Shown here: one piece after another, positions 37,548-47,271 of the stretch
Layout of the letters: each line of letters begins with the position of its first letter
Numbering within the stretch: position 1 is the stretch's first letter
Source of the DNA: a candidate division WOR-3 bacterium
GTDB lineage: Bacteria > Hydrothermota > Hydrothermia > JBDRYB01
NCBI GenBank assembly: GCA_039803205.1
Contig: JBDRYB010000004.1
Span: 1 to 64,000 of the forward strand
DNA: 64,000 bases
Reading direction: 5' to 3'
Program-made: the position numbers and the translations under genes
The notes under the pieces: generated by a model
Told to the model about the DNA's origin: nothing
Seen by the model: only the letters and a program-made list of their open reading frames with translations
Databases searched by the model: none

Positions 37548-39107
37548 ATGATGCTGACAATGATCATCCTTTCACAGGTTGTCCAATGGGAGATTTTGTC
37601 TCCCTATCAGGGGTTTGGTCCTGGCAACAGAAATATCATGATACTACAGGATGGTATTCTCATCTTTGGGGGTAATAGACGAGACCCTTTGGGCGATACC
37701 TGTTGGGGTTTCTGCACAGGGGTGGACACGGCAAGTGGAATAACTCTCTGGGAGCATGAGTTCACCAACTACGAGAAGAGCATCATGTTCACCTTCGCTA
37801 AGGGAAAAGGAGAGTTTTTCAGCATAGGCCAGTGTTATACATCCTCCAATAATGACATCCTGGTTGCAAAGCTTGACGAATCAGGAAACTTGCTCTGGGA
37901 GAGACGAACCGGGAACCCTCTCTACGATGGCGCGGTGACATCAGCATTTGTGGATACGGGAGGCAATCTAGTTGTGGTTGGATGTGAATATGAGGAGAAT
38001 ACAGACATTTACATCCTTTCGTGGGATAGCGATGGCAATCTCAGATGGAGTTTTTCTTACGACTCGCCCTGGCACAAGGACGATTTTTCCTTTTCAGCAG
38101 GCATGGACGAGGAAGGAAGCACATATGCTGTTGGATATTATACGGGCCCGATAAAGGGAAAATGGACTGTGGCCCCCATGATCTTTGAGCTCAGCGAGAA
38201 CGGGAAACCAGGAATAACTTCTGGGCCTGCTGATACTTGCTATGGTCTCACTCCCCTCGTGATCAAGGTTGACAGCTCAGGGAACCTTATCTGGGTTGAT
38301 GATTGCGAATACTGGAATGTTGGTGGTGAGCTCATGTTTGCCGAATATAGCTTTGGAAGGTTATATGCCTCTGGTTTTGCCTGCAATGGCGACCTATATT
38401 CCCAGTGTGAGGATAAACAAGGTTTTCACTTTTGGCACGCTTGGGAAAACCAGAACTTCTTGACCATGGAGCCTCACGGCGGCTTTGTCGATATGCACGG
38501 GAATCTTTACCTCACTGGCCACAAGTGCAATCCGGGTCCGGATGCCTTCTTTGTCTCATATACCTTTTATGGAGAGAGAAGGGTTTTTAGAGAAGTGTTT
38601 CCTGGCTATGGAACGAGGATTGTGGGGGATTCGCTTGGAAATCTTTTTATCGGCGGAAGAGTGATAGATTCAATAGGCAAGGACTTCGCTGTTGCTAAGC
38701 TAGATACCTTGGGCAATCTCATATGGCTATACCGAAAGGACGACGGAACTCCCGACACCAATCAACCCGATCAATGTCTCGGACTCCTCCCGGACAATCG
38801 GGGAGGCGTATTCGCTACTGGTATGCTTTATGATTCTGTCATGACCCCTATTCACTATGTCGTTCATCTCGCTGATACGACAAGCGGGGTCAAGGAGAAT
38901 AAAAACCCTAAACCCGGCCTCACCATAATCCCCGCTCCCTCCGGCTTCTATATAACCGGCCCCTCAGGCGAGGCGAGGATTTACGATTCGGCTGGCCGGC
39001 TTGTTATGGCCAGGGAAATAAAGGGCAAGACCCTGATTAGCCCCCTGGTGCCCGGGGTCTATTTCGTGGTTGCTGGGAAGGAGAGGGTGAAGGTAGCGGT
39101 CCGCTAG
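37548..39107 (+). CDS. SBBP-like beta-propeller surface protein with T9SS-type CTD
   Basis: Repeated K.D..GNL.W units; IYDSAGR...PGVYFV CTD. Confidence 0.8.
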   Translation: MMLTMIILSQVVQWEILSPYQGFGPGNRNIMILQDGILIFGGNRRDPLGDTCWGFCTGVDTASGITLWEHEFTNYEKSIMFTFAKGKGEFFSIGQCYTSSNNDILVAKLDESGNLLWERRTGNPLYDGAVTSAFVDTGGNLVVVGCEYEENTDIYILSWDSDGNLRWSFSYDSPWHKDDFSFSAGMDEEGSTYAVGYYTGPIKGKWTVAPMIFELSENGKPGITSGPADTCYGLTPLVIKVDSSGNLIWVDDCEYWNVGGELMFAEYSFGRLYASGFACNGDLYSQCEDKQGFHFWHAWENQNFLTMEPHGGFVDMHGNLYLTGHKCNPGPDAFFVSYTFYGERRVFREVFPGYGTRIVGDSLGNLFIGGRVIDSIGKDFAVAKLDTLGNLIWLYRKDDGTPDTNQPDQCLGLLPDNRGGVFATGMLYDSVMTPIHYVVHLADTTSGVKENKNPKPGLTIIPAPSGFYITGPSGEARIYDSAGRLVMAREIKGKTLISPLVPGVYFVVAGKERVKVAVR

Positions 39108-39114
39108 CGGGCGC

Positions 39115-39966
39115 CTACTGCCATCGGTATTCAATTCGTGGGGAAAGGAGGGTCTTCAGCTCCCCGAGGACATCCTCGTCCTCATCACCGTAAAGGAGAA
39201 AACGGATGAGGCTGGGCTTCTTTGGCTTCTTCATGAGCTTGGCCTCCTTTAGTTTCCCCATAGCTTTCGCGCACTCAACAGCGTCGTGATAGCTCCCTGT
39301 TCTGTCCACGAGACCCATCTGCGCGGCCTGCCTCCCCGTGAGTATCCTGCCATCAGCGACCCTTAGGACATCCTCCCTGGAAAGCCTCCTGCCCGATACA
39401 ACGACATCAACGAACTGATCGTAGATGTCCTGGACAGCCGTGTCCAAAAGAGCCATCTCGGCCTCCGTCCTCTTACGGAACGGAGATGTTATGTCCTTGT
39501 GCTCATCCGACTTCACTACCTCAACCTCGGCTCCCATCTTCTTCAGGGTTCCCTCTATGACAGGGAGGGTCATTATCACCCCTATTGAACCCGTTATGGT
39601 TCCGGGTGAGGCTATTATGCTGTCAGCCGCGCAGGATATGTAGTATCCGCCTGAGGCCGCGACCGCGCCCATGTAGACAACAACGGGCTTTTTGTGTTCT
39701 TGGCGCGCCCTGAGGAGCGCGCGGTATATCTCGTCAGCCGCGACTACCTCTCCCCCTGGGCTGTCTATCTTCACGAGGATCACCTTCACCCTGCTGTCCT
39801 CGGAGAGCTTCTCTATCCACTGAACTGTCTTGTCAGGATCAACAAGGGCGCCCTCTATCTCAACCAAACCAATATAACCCCCTCGGTCAAAAACGAAACC
39901 AACGGTTAGAGCAGTTGCCGCACCCACTACAAGAACAATTCCTACCCCACAAAGAAACCTCTTCAT
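39115..39966 (-). CDS. sppA: Signal peptide peptidase SppA (S49)
   Basis: IDSPGG, AASGGYY, GSIGV, DGRILTG. Confidence 0.94.
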   Translation of the reverse strand: MKRFLCGVGIVLVVGAATALTVGFVFDRGGYIGLVEIEGALVDPDKTVQWIEKLSEDSRVKVILVKIDSPGGEVVAADEIYRALLRARQEHKKPVVVYMGAVAASGGYYISCAADSIIASPGTITGSIGVIMTLPVIEGTLKKMGAEVEVVKSDEHKDITSPFRKRTEAEMALLDTAVQDIYDQFVDVVVSGRRLSREDVLRVADGRILTGRQAAQMGLVDRTGSYHDAVECAKAMGKLKEAKLMKKPKKPSLIRFLLYGDEDEDVLGELKTLLSPRIEYRWQ

Positions 39967-39972
39967 GTTATC

Positions 39973-40530
39973 TCAGTCCCCCTTAGCAAACAGGAGGCCA
40001 GCCCTCAGAAACGGGTAGACATAGCCGTAGTTCGCGTCAAAGATGTATCCGGCGCCTGTTTCCAGGAAAAGCCCATTCCCCCAGGAGTATCCTCCAGAAC
40101 CCTTTACGCCCATTGTCCACTGCATGCCCGGATCGTTTTCGCCGCCAGAGAGAAGGAGGATGTGCAGTCCGGAGGCCAGCTTTAGGAACCAGCGGGACCT
40201 ATGAGGTTGGGTTCCAATACCTATCATTATGGGTATCTCCTTTATTGAGACATCCCTTTTTGTTTTCTTCCAGGTATTGTGTTCAGAATCATAAGCGCTG
40301 TCAACGAGGGTCGCGGGGCTCAGGTGCATCTGGTATCCTGTGGAAAGGAACATTCTGGTTTCAAGCGGCGGAAGGAATACTCCGGCCTCGGAGCTTATCC
40401 CGTAATTCATGCCATCGTGGGTTCCACCAGCGAATATCGCTCCACCTCCGCAAAACCAGAGGCCGGTCGGCTTGTCATCCCCCAAAAGGAGACCGCTCAT
40501 TAACAAAACGACAAAAGCGAGCTTTTTCAT
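39973..40530 (-). CDS. Outer-membrane beta-barrel-like protein
   Basis: MKKLAFVVLLMSGLLLG signal peptide, amphipathic strands. Confidence 0.6.
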   Translation of the reverse strand: MKKLAFVVLLMSGLLLGDDKPTGLWFCGGGAIFAGGTHDGMNYGISSEAGVFLPPLETRMFLSTGYQMHLSPATLVDSAYDSEHNTWKKTKRDVSIKEIPIMIGIGTQPHRSRWFLKLASGLHILLLSGGENDPGMQWTMGVKGSGGYSWGNGLFLETGAGYIFDANYGYVYPFLRAGLLFAKGD

Positions 40531-40629
40531 CCGGCCCCAAGTATAATCCTGGCCCCTAGGCGGTTTCAACAAAAGCAAACCTGAGTTGCACCAGCACTTA
40601 ATTCTACATTAAAATATGTCTCTGCCTGA

Positions 40630-42549
40630 ATGGCCAAAGTTATAGTAAAGGATAAGGAAGGGAATATTGTCGGCGAGATCGGGAAGGGAGGAAACCTTCT
40701 GGGATTCAAGGCCCAGGGCCTTCTTTACAGGGCCGATCGTGCCGTATACGACCTTTCGGTTCCCGTTCCCGAAGGGATAACTGAGGTCTATCTCGTTGAT
40801 TTTGATGATCCTGCTGGCAGGGAGGCTTACTGGCACACATCATCCCATATCCTCGCGCAAGCGGTCAAGGAGCTGTTTCCGCAGGCGAAGCTGGCAATAG
40901 GCCCCCCAATAGAGACAGGGTTCTACTATGATTTTGACATAGGCGATGGAACATTCTCCCCCGATGACCTCTCCGCTATAGAAAAGAGGGCTGGCGAGAT
41001 AATAGCCAGGGACCTGGAAATAAAGCGATTTGAGATGGAGAAAAGCGAGGCTACAAGGCTTTTCTCCGACAGGGGCGAAACCTACAAGACCGAATTGCTC
41101 CAAGAGATTCCGGATGAAAAGGTCACGGTTTACGCGCAGGGGGACTTCATTGATCTGTGCCGGGGGCCCCATTTGGCCTCAACGGGCGTGGTAAGCCGCA
41201 TAAAGATCCTCTCGGCATCAGGGGCATACTGGCGCGGGGACGAGAGAGGGCCTCGTCTCCAGAGGATATACGGCGTATCGTTCCCCACAGAGGAAGAGCT
41301 CTCGGATTTTCTGAGGAGGCTTGAGGAGGCGAAGCGGAGGGATCACCGAAAGCTGGGCGTTGAGCTTGATCTCTTCTCTTTCCACGAGGAGGCAGGGCCA
41401 GGGGTCGTCATATGGCACCCAAAGGGCGCCCTGGTCAGGGACATAATTGAGGATTACTGGCGCTCTGTCCACAGGGAAGAGGGATACGAGTTCATAAGGA
41501 GCCCACACCTCTTCCGCTCCAAGCTCTGGGAGACATCCGGCCACCTGGGCTTCTACCGGGAGAACATGTATGTGTTCAACCAGGACGACGAGGACTATGT
41601 TATAAAACCAATGAACTGCCCAGCGCACATCCTGGTTTATAAAACGAGAAAAAGGAGCTACCGCGACCTGCCCATGAGGCTCGCGGAGCTGGGCACTGTT
41701 TACCGGTATGAGCGCTCAGGGGTCCTCCACGGGTTATTCAGGGTTCGCGGGTTCACTCAGGATGACGCGCACATATTTTGCTCTCAGGACCAGTTCATTG
41801 ATGAGGTTAGGGGTGTTATAAGGCTCACCAAGAGAATACTGAGGAAGTTCGGGTTCCAGGACTACAAGATTGACCTTTCCGTCAAGGATCCGAAGAGGCC
41901 CGAGAAATACATGGGGGATGAGGAAGGGTGGGTCTTGGCTGAAAATGGGCTTGCGGAGGCCCTTTCGGCAGAGGGCCTGTCATACGAGGTTCAGGAAGGC
42001 GAATCCGCCTTCTACGGCCCCAAGATAGACATTCAACTCCACGATGCTCTCGGAAGACGGCATCAGTGCACGACAATACAGGTTGACTTCAACATACCAA
42101 CCAGGTTTGATGTCACCTACATAGGCCAGGATGGCCTTGAACACAGGGTAGTGATGATCCACAGGGCGATTCTGGGATCAATAGAGCGATTCTTCGGCAT
42201 CCTCCTAGAACACTATGGCGGAGCATTCCCGCTCTGGCTCGCGCCGGTTCAGGTTGTGGTTCTGCCTGTTGTCTCAGGGGTTAATCCGTATGCGGCAAAG
42301 ATAACCGAGACCCTCAGAGCAAAGGGCCTGCGCGCGGAGTTTGATCTGAGGCCAGAGCGAATCTCCTACAAGATAAGAGAGGCAGAGACCCAGAAGGTTC
42401 CATATATGGCAGTCGTGGGAAAGAGGGAAGCGGAATCCGGGAAGGTTTCGGTAAGAAAACGGGGAAGGGGTGATATGGGACCGATGGCCCTGGAGGAGTT
42501 CATCGGGATGGTTCTGGGTGAGCTCAAAGGGGAGGAGAATGTTTCCTGA
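40630..42549 (+). CDS. thrS: Threonine--tRNA ligase
   Basis: HTSSH, DLCRGPH, RDHRKLG, KPMNCP, RVRGFTQDDAH, FYGPKID. Confidence 0.98.
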   Translation: MAKVIVKDKEGNIVGEIGKGGNLLGFKAQGLLYRADRAVYDLSVPVPEGITEVYLVDFDDPAGREAYWHTSSHILAQAVKELFPQAKLAIGPPIETGFYYDFDIGDGTFSPDDLSAIEKRAGEIIARDLEIKRFEMEKSEATRLFSDRGETYKTELLQEIPDEKVTVYAQGDFIDLCRGPHLASTGVVSRIKILSASGAYWRGDERGPRLQRIYGVSFPTEEELSDFLRRLEEAKRRDHRKLGVELDLFSFHEEAGPGVVIWHPKGALVRDIIEDYWRSVHREEGYEFIRSPHLFRSKLWETSGHLGFYRENMYVFNQDDEDYVIKPMNCPAHILVYKTRKRSYRDLPMRLAELGTVYRYERSGVLHGLFRVRGFTQDDAHIFCSQDQFIDEVRGVIRLTKRILRKFGFQDYKIDLSVKDPKRPEKYMGDEEGWVLAENGLAEALSAEGLSYEVQEGESAFYGPKIDIQLHDALGRRHQCTTIQVDFNIPTRFDVTYIGQDGLEHRVVMIHRAILGSIERFFGILLEHYGGAFPLWLAPVQVVVLPVVSGVNPYAAKITETLRAKGLRAEFDLRPERISYKIREAETQKVPYMAVVGKREAESGKVSVRKRGRGDMGPMALEEFIGMVLGELKGEENVS

Positions 42550-42612
42550 GGGGAAGGGGCTCGTTCCGCGTGAAGATTTGACCTTGATAACCAATCATAA
42601 TACGATTTCGTC

Positions 42613-42942
42613 ATGATCGTCCTGGCACCCCTCGCGCTCTCCGGGCAAAGCCCATGGCCTAACATGCCCTTCTCGCCCCATGAAACCCTCAATGTCTACG
42701 CAAAAGGCTTGGCCATCCTTGACGCGAGAAACCCTCGTTATACCCTGATTGGGGTTCACCGTATAAACAGCGTGCCATTCAGAGGACGGGCGAGTATTTG
42801 CGCTCTAGACATTTACAATCCTAACTACTGTGAGATGAGTTCGGCCTCTGATCCGAGCGATCTCATGAAGGCTGGAGAGTGGAGAGGGGAACAATATCAT
42901 GTTTGGCCTCGCTCTGCTCACCATTCTACAGGAGGCAATTGA
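42613..42942 (+). pseudogene. Probable decayed secreted LVIVD-repeat-like gene
   Basis: Own promoter TTGACC-17-TACGAT-6-ATG; short signal; GLAILDARNP and ALDIYNP fragments; ends early. Confidence 0.35.
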
Positions 42943-42986
42943 GTGCTCTCAAGAAACCAACAAACCTTAAAAGGAGTTAAGTATAG

Positions 42987-43526
42987 ATGAGAAGACCGCC
43001 AAGAACGCCAGCAAAGAACATAGGCGCCAAGTATAGGATAAACGAGGAGATAACCTCAAAAGAGGTCGCTGTCGTGGATGAGACGGGAAAGGCCATCGGC
43101 ACGATGAGCATCCGGGAGGCACTTGACCTTGCCTACTCAAAGGAGCTTGACCTCGTTGAGGTTGCCCCAACCGCGACCCCGCCTGTCTGCAGAATAATGG
43201 ACTACGGCAAGTTCATCTACCAGGAGAAGAAGAAGCAGAGGGAATCAAAGGGCCACACATCAGAGGTCAAGGAAATAAGCCTTAGGCCAAACATATCTGA
43301 GCACGACCTCGGGGTAAAGCTCAGGAAGGCAAGGGAGTTTCTCGATGAGGGGCACAAGGTCCGTTTCAGGTTGGTATTCAAGGGAAGAGAGATAGTTCAC
43401 TCCGAGGAATACAAGGAGATCCTTTTCAGGATAGCCGAGGCCTTGGATGATGTGGCAAAGGTGGAGTCACAACCCGTTTTGAACGGAAAGATAATGCTGA
43501 TGCTCGTGAGGCCTGGCAAAAAATGA
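42987..43526 (+). CDS. infC: Translation initiation factor IF-3
   Basis: RINEEI, LDLVEVAP..PPVCRIMDYGKF, HDL..K, FKGRE. Confidence 0.97.
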   Translation: MRRPPRTPAKNIGAKYRINEEITSKEVAVVDETGKAIGTMSIREALDLAYSKELDLVEVAPTATPPVCRIMDYGKFIYQEKKKQRESKGHTSEVKEISLRPNISEHDLGVKLRKAREFLDEGHKVRFRLVFKGREIVHSEEYKEILFRIAEALDDVAKVESQPVLNGKIMLMLVRPGKK

Positions 43527-44395
43527 TCTGGCTCTGGCAGCTATATATCGCGGCCTCCCTACTCCTTATATGGGGCTTTATCGCGGTTATCTGGGCCAGA
43601 GGAGGAGCTGGATCAGGGTCATATGAGTTCATGAGGCTCGCGGTCTACACAGTGCCCGGACTCCTTGCCATAGGCTTCAAGTGGATAGTTGAGCGCAGGG
43701 GCTTCAGAAGGGCATTTCCGGAGCTCGGGGTCTCATGGGGACGCATGAGGTTCTGGCCTTTGATTATTCTCGTTCCAGCGGTAGCCATTACTGTATCCCA
43801 CGGGATCCCGGCGTTATCCGGAATCGCCAGGCCTGACCCCTCGCTTTCCGGGCTTGCGGAGGAAATAGCGAGGGCCGGCCAACCCATCCCTCCTGACATC
43901 TGGGGTTTCTTTTGGGCAAAACTCGGGCTTTCTCTTTCCCTTGGGCTCCTCATCTTTCTGCCTATTGCGGCGCTCGCCGAAATGGGCTTCAGGGCTTATC
44001 CCCTTGAGCTTCTCTCCGAGAGGTTCGGGCCGAGGCTCACCCTTGCCCTTGTCGGAGCTTTCTGGGCAATTGCCCTCCTTCCCTTCCTCTTCCTGAGGAA
44101 CCCATACGGCTCATGGCTTGGGATCCCCGTTTATCTTGGTTTCTCCTGGGGATGGGGGAGCCTTATGGCATGGCTATATACCAAAGCGAGAACGGTTCTC
44201 GTGCCCGCTCTCTGTCTCATCATCCTTGATGTTTTGGACCAATCCCTCTCATACATCCTGCCCGGAAACCCGCTCCTCTCGGGAGCAGAGGGAGTTTTTG
44301 GGGCCGGATTTTTGGTCATAATCGGATGTCTGGTGGTGGCCTTCACGGACAGGATATACATCCCTCCGAAAAAACCCAAGCCTGATAAACCCTGA
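43523..44395 (+). CDS. CPBP/CAAX-protease-like membrane protein with degenerate motifs
   Basis: LAEMGFRAY in place of EExxxR; family topology. Confidence 0.7.
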   Translation: MIWLWQLYIAASLLLIWGFIAVIWARGGAGSGSYEFMRLAVYTVPGLLAIGFKWIVERRGFRRAFPELGVSWGRMRFWPLIILVPAVAITVSHGIPALSGIARPDPSLSGLAEEIARAGQPIPPDIWGFFWAKLGLSLSLGLLIFLPIAALAEMGFRAYPLELLSERFGPRLTLALVGAFWAIALLPFLFLRNPYGSWLGIPVYLGFSWGWGSLMAWLYTKARTVLVPALCLIILDVLDQSLSYILPGNPLLSGAEGVFGAGFLVIIGCLVVAFTDRIYIPPKKPKPDKP

Positions 44396-44398
44396 GAT

Positions 44399-45823
44399 AT
44401 GCTGGCTCTCACTGCGCTTATCCTCTCATCGTATCCGAAAGCGCTGAGCCTCTTGGACAGGGGAGAGTTCTCTGCGGCCCTATCGGTTATAGACAGCGCT
44501 CTCAGGGATGATCCATCCGATACCCTTCTTCGCGAGCTCAGGGTGAGGGCTCTTCTCGGTCTCGGTAAGACTGACCAAGCGTTCAGGCTCGCGCTCTCGC
44601 TCGGCAAGGAGATCAACACCCAGGATGAATTCAGCAGGCTGTTCTACATTTTCAAATACGCTGGCCACGAGGAGGAAGGGATAAAACTCCTTGTGGAGGG
44701 GAGGAAATCCCTCAGAGATAACAAGGCATTTGCGAGGGAGATATACTCCTACTACATATCAAAGGGCGAGACAGAGAAGGCTTTGCCGGAGCTCTTCTCC
44801 TGCTCGGCTGACCCGAGGCTCCGCTATTGGCTTTCGGATGAGATCAGGAACCTTTCAACAAGAAACCCCAATGCGCTAGAAAGGCTCTCAGACTGGATGA
44901 TTGAAAATCCTCATCCAGAATGGCTTGAGGCGCTCTGTTACGAGCTGGCCCTGAAACAAGGGTTGTGGGAAACAGCGGGACGCTGGGCAGGCGGTGACGA
45001 AAACCTCATGGATGTGGCTGAGAGGGCAATATCCGAAGGAAACATAGCTGAAGCAGAGAGGCTTTTGGCTCAGGTCAAAACAAGGGGAGACAGGTATCAC
45101 GCGCTTAGGGGAGATTGCCTCTCGGCCCGGGGAAGGTATTCCGAGGCTGAGTCCGCTTATTCCGCTATAAACGATAGAACCACGAGGGAAACGAGGCTCT
45201 CCGGGCTTTACCTCGGCGCATACAATCAACCTGAGAGGGTTATTGGGCTTTCTGGAAACGCACCAGAGAAGGCAGAAGCCCTCATGAGAGCGGGGAAGTT
45301 TTCGGAAGCACTCGGTCTCGCATCCGAGATGGAGCCGCCGGACAGGCTCTATTATTCTGGAAAAGCAGGGCTGTTTCTCGGTCAAGACTGGGCCACCGAC
45401 AGCCTGAAGAAGTTCGTAGCGCTTTACTCCCGCGACGAGAGAGCGACATCTGCGCTCGCGTGGCTGGAGATATGCGCCAGCTCAGAGGGTTGGCCCTCTT
45501 ATTTCCAGGCCCTTCACCAGCTTGAGAAGGGGAGCTATGAAGCTGTGCTATCCTCGCAACCAGAGGATACAGCCCTGGCCGGTTATTTCGGGGTTCTCAG
45601 GGCAAGGGCTCTTGAGGGTTCTGGCAGAATAGAGGACGCGCTTGCCCTTTACGCCAAATTAGCTGATGCAGGAGGGCTTCCCGGAGCCGAGGCCGCTTTC
45701 AGGGCCTGGAGGCTTTGCCTCAACCTCAAGCGCGAGAGCGAAGCCAGGGGTTTCATGATGATCCTTGTCAGGAAATATCCCAGGACGCCTTACGGCATAA
45801 TAGCAAGGGAGTATGTGCCTTGA
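44399..45823 (+). CDS. Exported TPR-repeat protein
   Basis: Helical A/G/Y TPR pattern, ends LVRKYPRTPY. Confidence 0.7.
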   Translation: MLALTALILSSYPKALSLLDRGEFSAALSVIDSALRDDPSDTLLRELRVRALLGLGKTDQAFRLALSLGKEINTQDEFSRLFYIFKYAGHEEEGIKLLVEGRKSLRDNKAFAREIYSYYISKGETEKALPELFSCSADPRLRYWLSDEIRNLSTRNPNALERLSDWMIENPHPEWLEALCYELALKQGLWETAGRWAGGDENLMDVAERAISEGNIAEAERLLAQVKTRGDRYHALRGDCLSARGRYSEAESAYSAINDRTTRETRLSGLYLGAYNQPERVIGLSGNAPEKAEALMRAGKFSEALGLASEMEPPDRLYYSGKAGLFLGQDWATDSLKKFVALYSRDERATSALAWLEICASSEGWPSYFQALHQLEKGSYEAVLSSQPEDTALAGYFGVLRARALEGSGRIEDALALYAKLADAGGLPGAEAAFRAWRLCLNLKRESEARGFMMILVRKYPRTPYGIIAREYVP

Positions 45824-47220
45824 AGAGGGCCTTTCTCTTCAATCCGCCTACCGGCTTATACATCCGGGGCGAAGATAGGTGCCAGGTCCCCGTTGAGGAC
45901 CTAACCGCGACATCAGCCCGGATGCCCCTTGACCTAGCCTACATCGGAGCTGACCTTGAGAGGACAGGCCTGGATGTTCTCATCAGGGACTACCCTGTTG
46001 AGGGAGGGGATCCCGTAGCTGATGCCCTGGAGTTCCGTCCGGATATCGCTCTCGCCTCAACAACATCTTTTACCCTCAGAAAAGACCTCCAGTGGCTTGA
46101 GCGGCTGAAGGGTCATATCCCCGGCCTTTTGGTTGGGGTCAAGGGCGCGGAGGCAGAAGCAGAGGATAGAAGGCTCCTTGAGGAGTTCCCCTTCCTCGAT
46201 TTCGTGCTCGTGGGAGAATACGAGCTGACTATGGGGAAAATGGTGGCCGAACCCGATTGGCAAAGGGTTCCAGGGGTATCCTTCAGGAAAAACGGGGTGA
46301 TATTCGTCTCTGAGAAGGAACCCATCATAGAAGACCTGGATTTCCTACCGTTTCCAGCGAGGCATCTGATCCGAAATGAGCTCTATGTCCGACCGGACAC
46401 GGGTCAACCCCAGACAACCATACAGACAGGGAGGGGATGCCCTCACAAATGCATATATTGTCTTGCTCCATTGCTCTCTGGAACAAAGCTGAGACTGAGA
46501 AGCCCTGAGAGCCTGGGGGAGGAGATTGCGGAATGCGTGGAGGTTCACGGGATAAGAAACTTCTTCACCCGAGCGGACACATTCACCATGCACAAGAAGT
46601 GGACAATAGATGTTTGTAAGGAGATCCTGAAACGGGACCTAAGGATAAACTTCGCTTTCAATTCAAGGGTTGACACATTTGACAGAGAGCGTGCGGAGTG
46701 GATAAAAAAAGCAGGGGGCTGGCTCGTCGCTTTTGGGGTGGAATCCGGCTCGGAACGCTCCCTGAGGCTCATGGAAAAGGGCCACACCAAGGAGGATGCT
46801 CGCAGGGCTGTAGCTTTGGCAAAAGAGCTGGGTTTCGCCACATACATATTCTTCATAGTTGGGTTTCCGTGGGAAGATTGGAATGATCTGGAGGAGACTT
46901 TGGCTTTTGCTATGGAATTGGATGGAGATTACCTTGAAATGCACATAGCCGTGCCTTTCCCTGGGACGCCCCTATACGAGATGGTTAAGGATAAGGGGCT
47001 TCTGGTTCACCAGGATCTCACTGGTCTGGGCCACGGAACCCCTGCGGCTAGAACGGAACACCTTTCCTTGGATGAGATCAAAACCTGGCGAGAAAGGGCT
47101 TTGAGAAGATACTACACCAGGCCTGGCTACATATGGAGGATGATCCGCGGCGCGAAAAGCCCCCGCGTGGTCGCTAATTACATCAGATACGGGTTCAGGA
47201 GGGTCCTGAGAAGGGGATAG
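45820..47220 (+). CDS. B12-binding radical SAM enzyme
   Basis: GRGCPHKCIYC, GVESG, FIVGFPWE, PFPGTPLY; TTGA overlap start. Confidence 0.92.
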   Translation: MKRAFLFNPPTGLYIRGEDRCQVPVEDLTATSARMPLDLAYIGADLERTGLDVLIRDYPVEGGDPVADALEFRPDIALASTTSFTLRKDLQWLERLKGHIPGLLVGVKGAEAEAEDRRLLEEFPFLDFVLVGEYELTMGKMVAEPDWQRVPGVSFRKNGVIFVSEKEPIIEDLDFLPFPARHLIRNELYVRPDTGQPQTTIQTGRGCPHKCIYCLAPLLSGTKLRLRSPESLGEEIAECVEVHGIRNFFTRADTFTMHKKWTIDVCKEILKRDLRINFAFNSRVDTFDRERAEWIKKAGGWLVAFGVESGSERSLRLMEKGHTKEDARRAVALAKELGFATYIFFIVGFPWEDWNDLEETLAFAMELDGDYLEMHIAVPFPGTPLYEMVKDKGLLVHQDLTGLGHGTPAARTEHLSLDEIKTWRERALRRYYTRPGYIWRMIRGAKSPRVVANYIRYGFRRVLRRG

Positions 47221-47271
47221 GTTTCGGTATCAGCCAACTGCCATTTAGCCCCCAGGTTCAAGTCTCCAATT

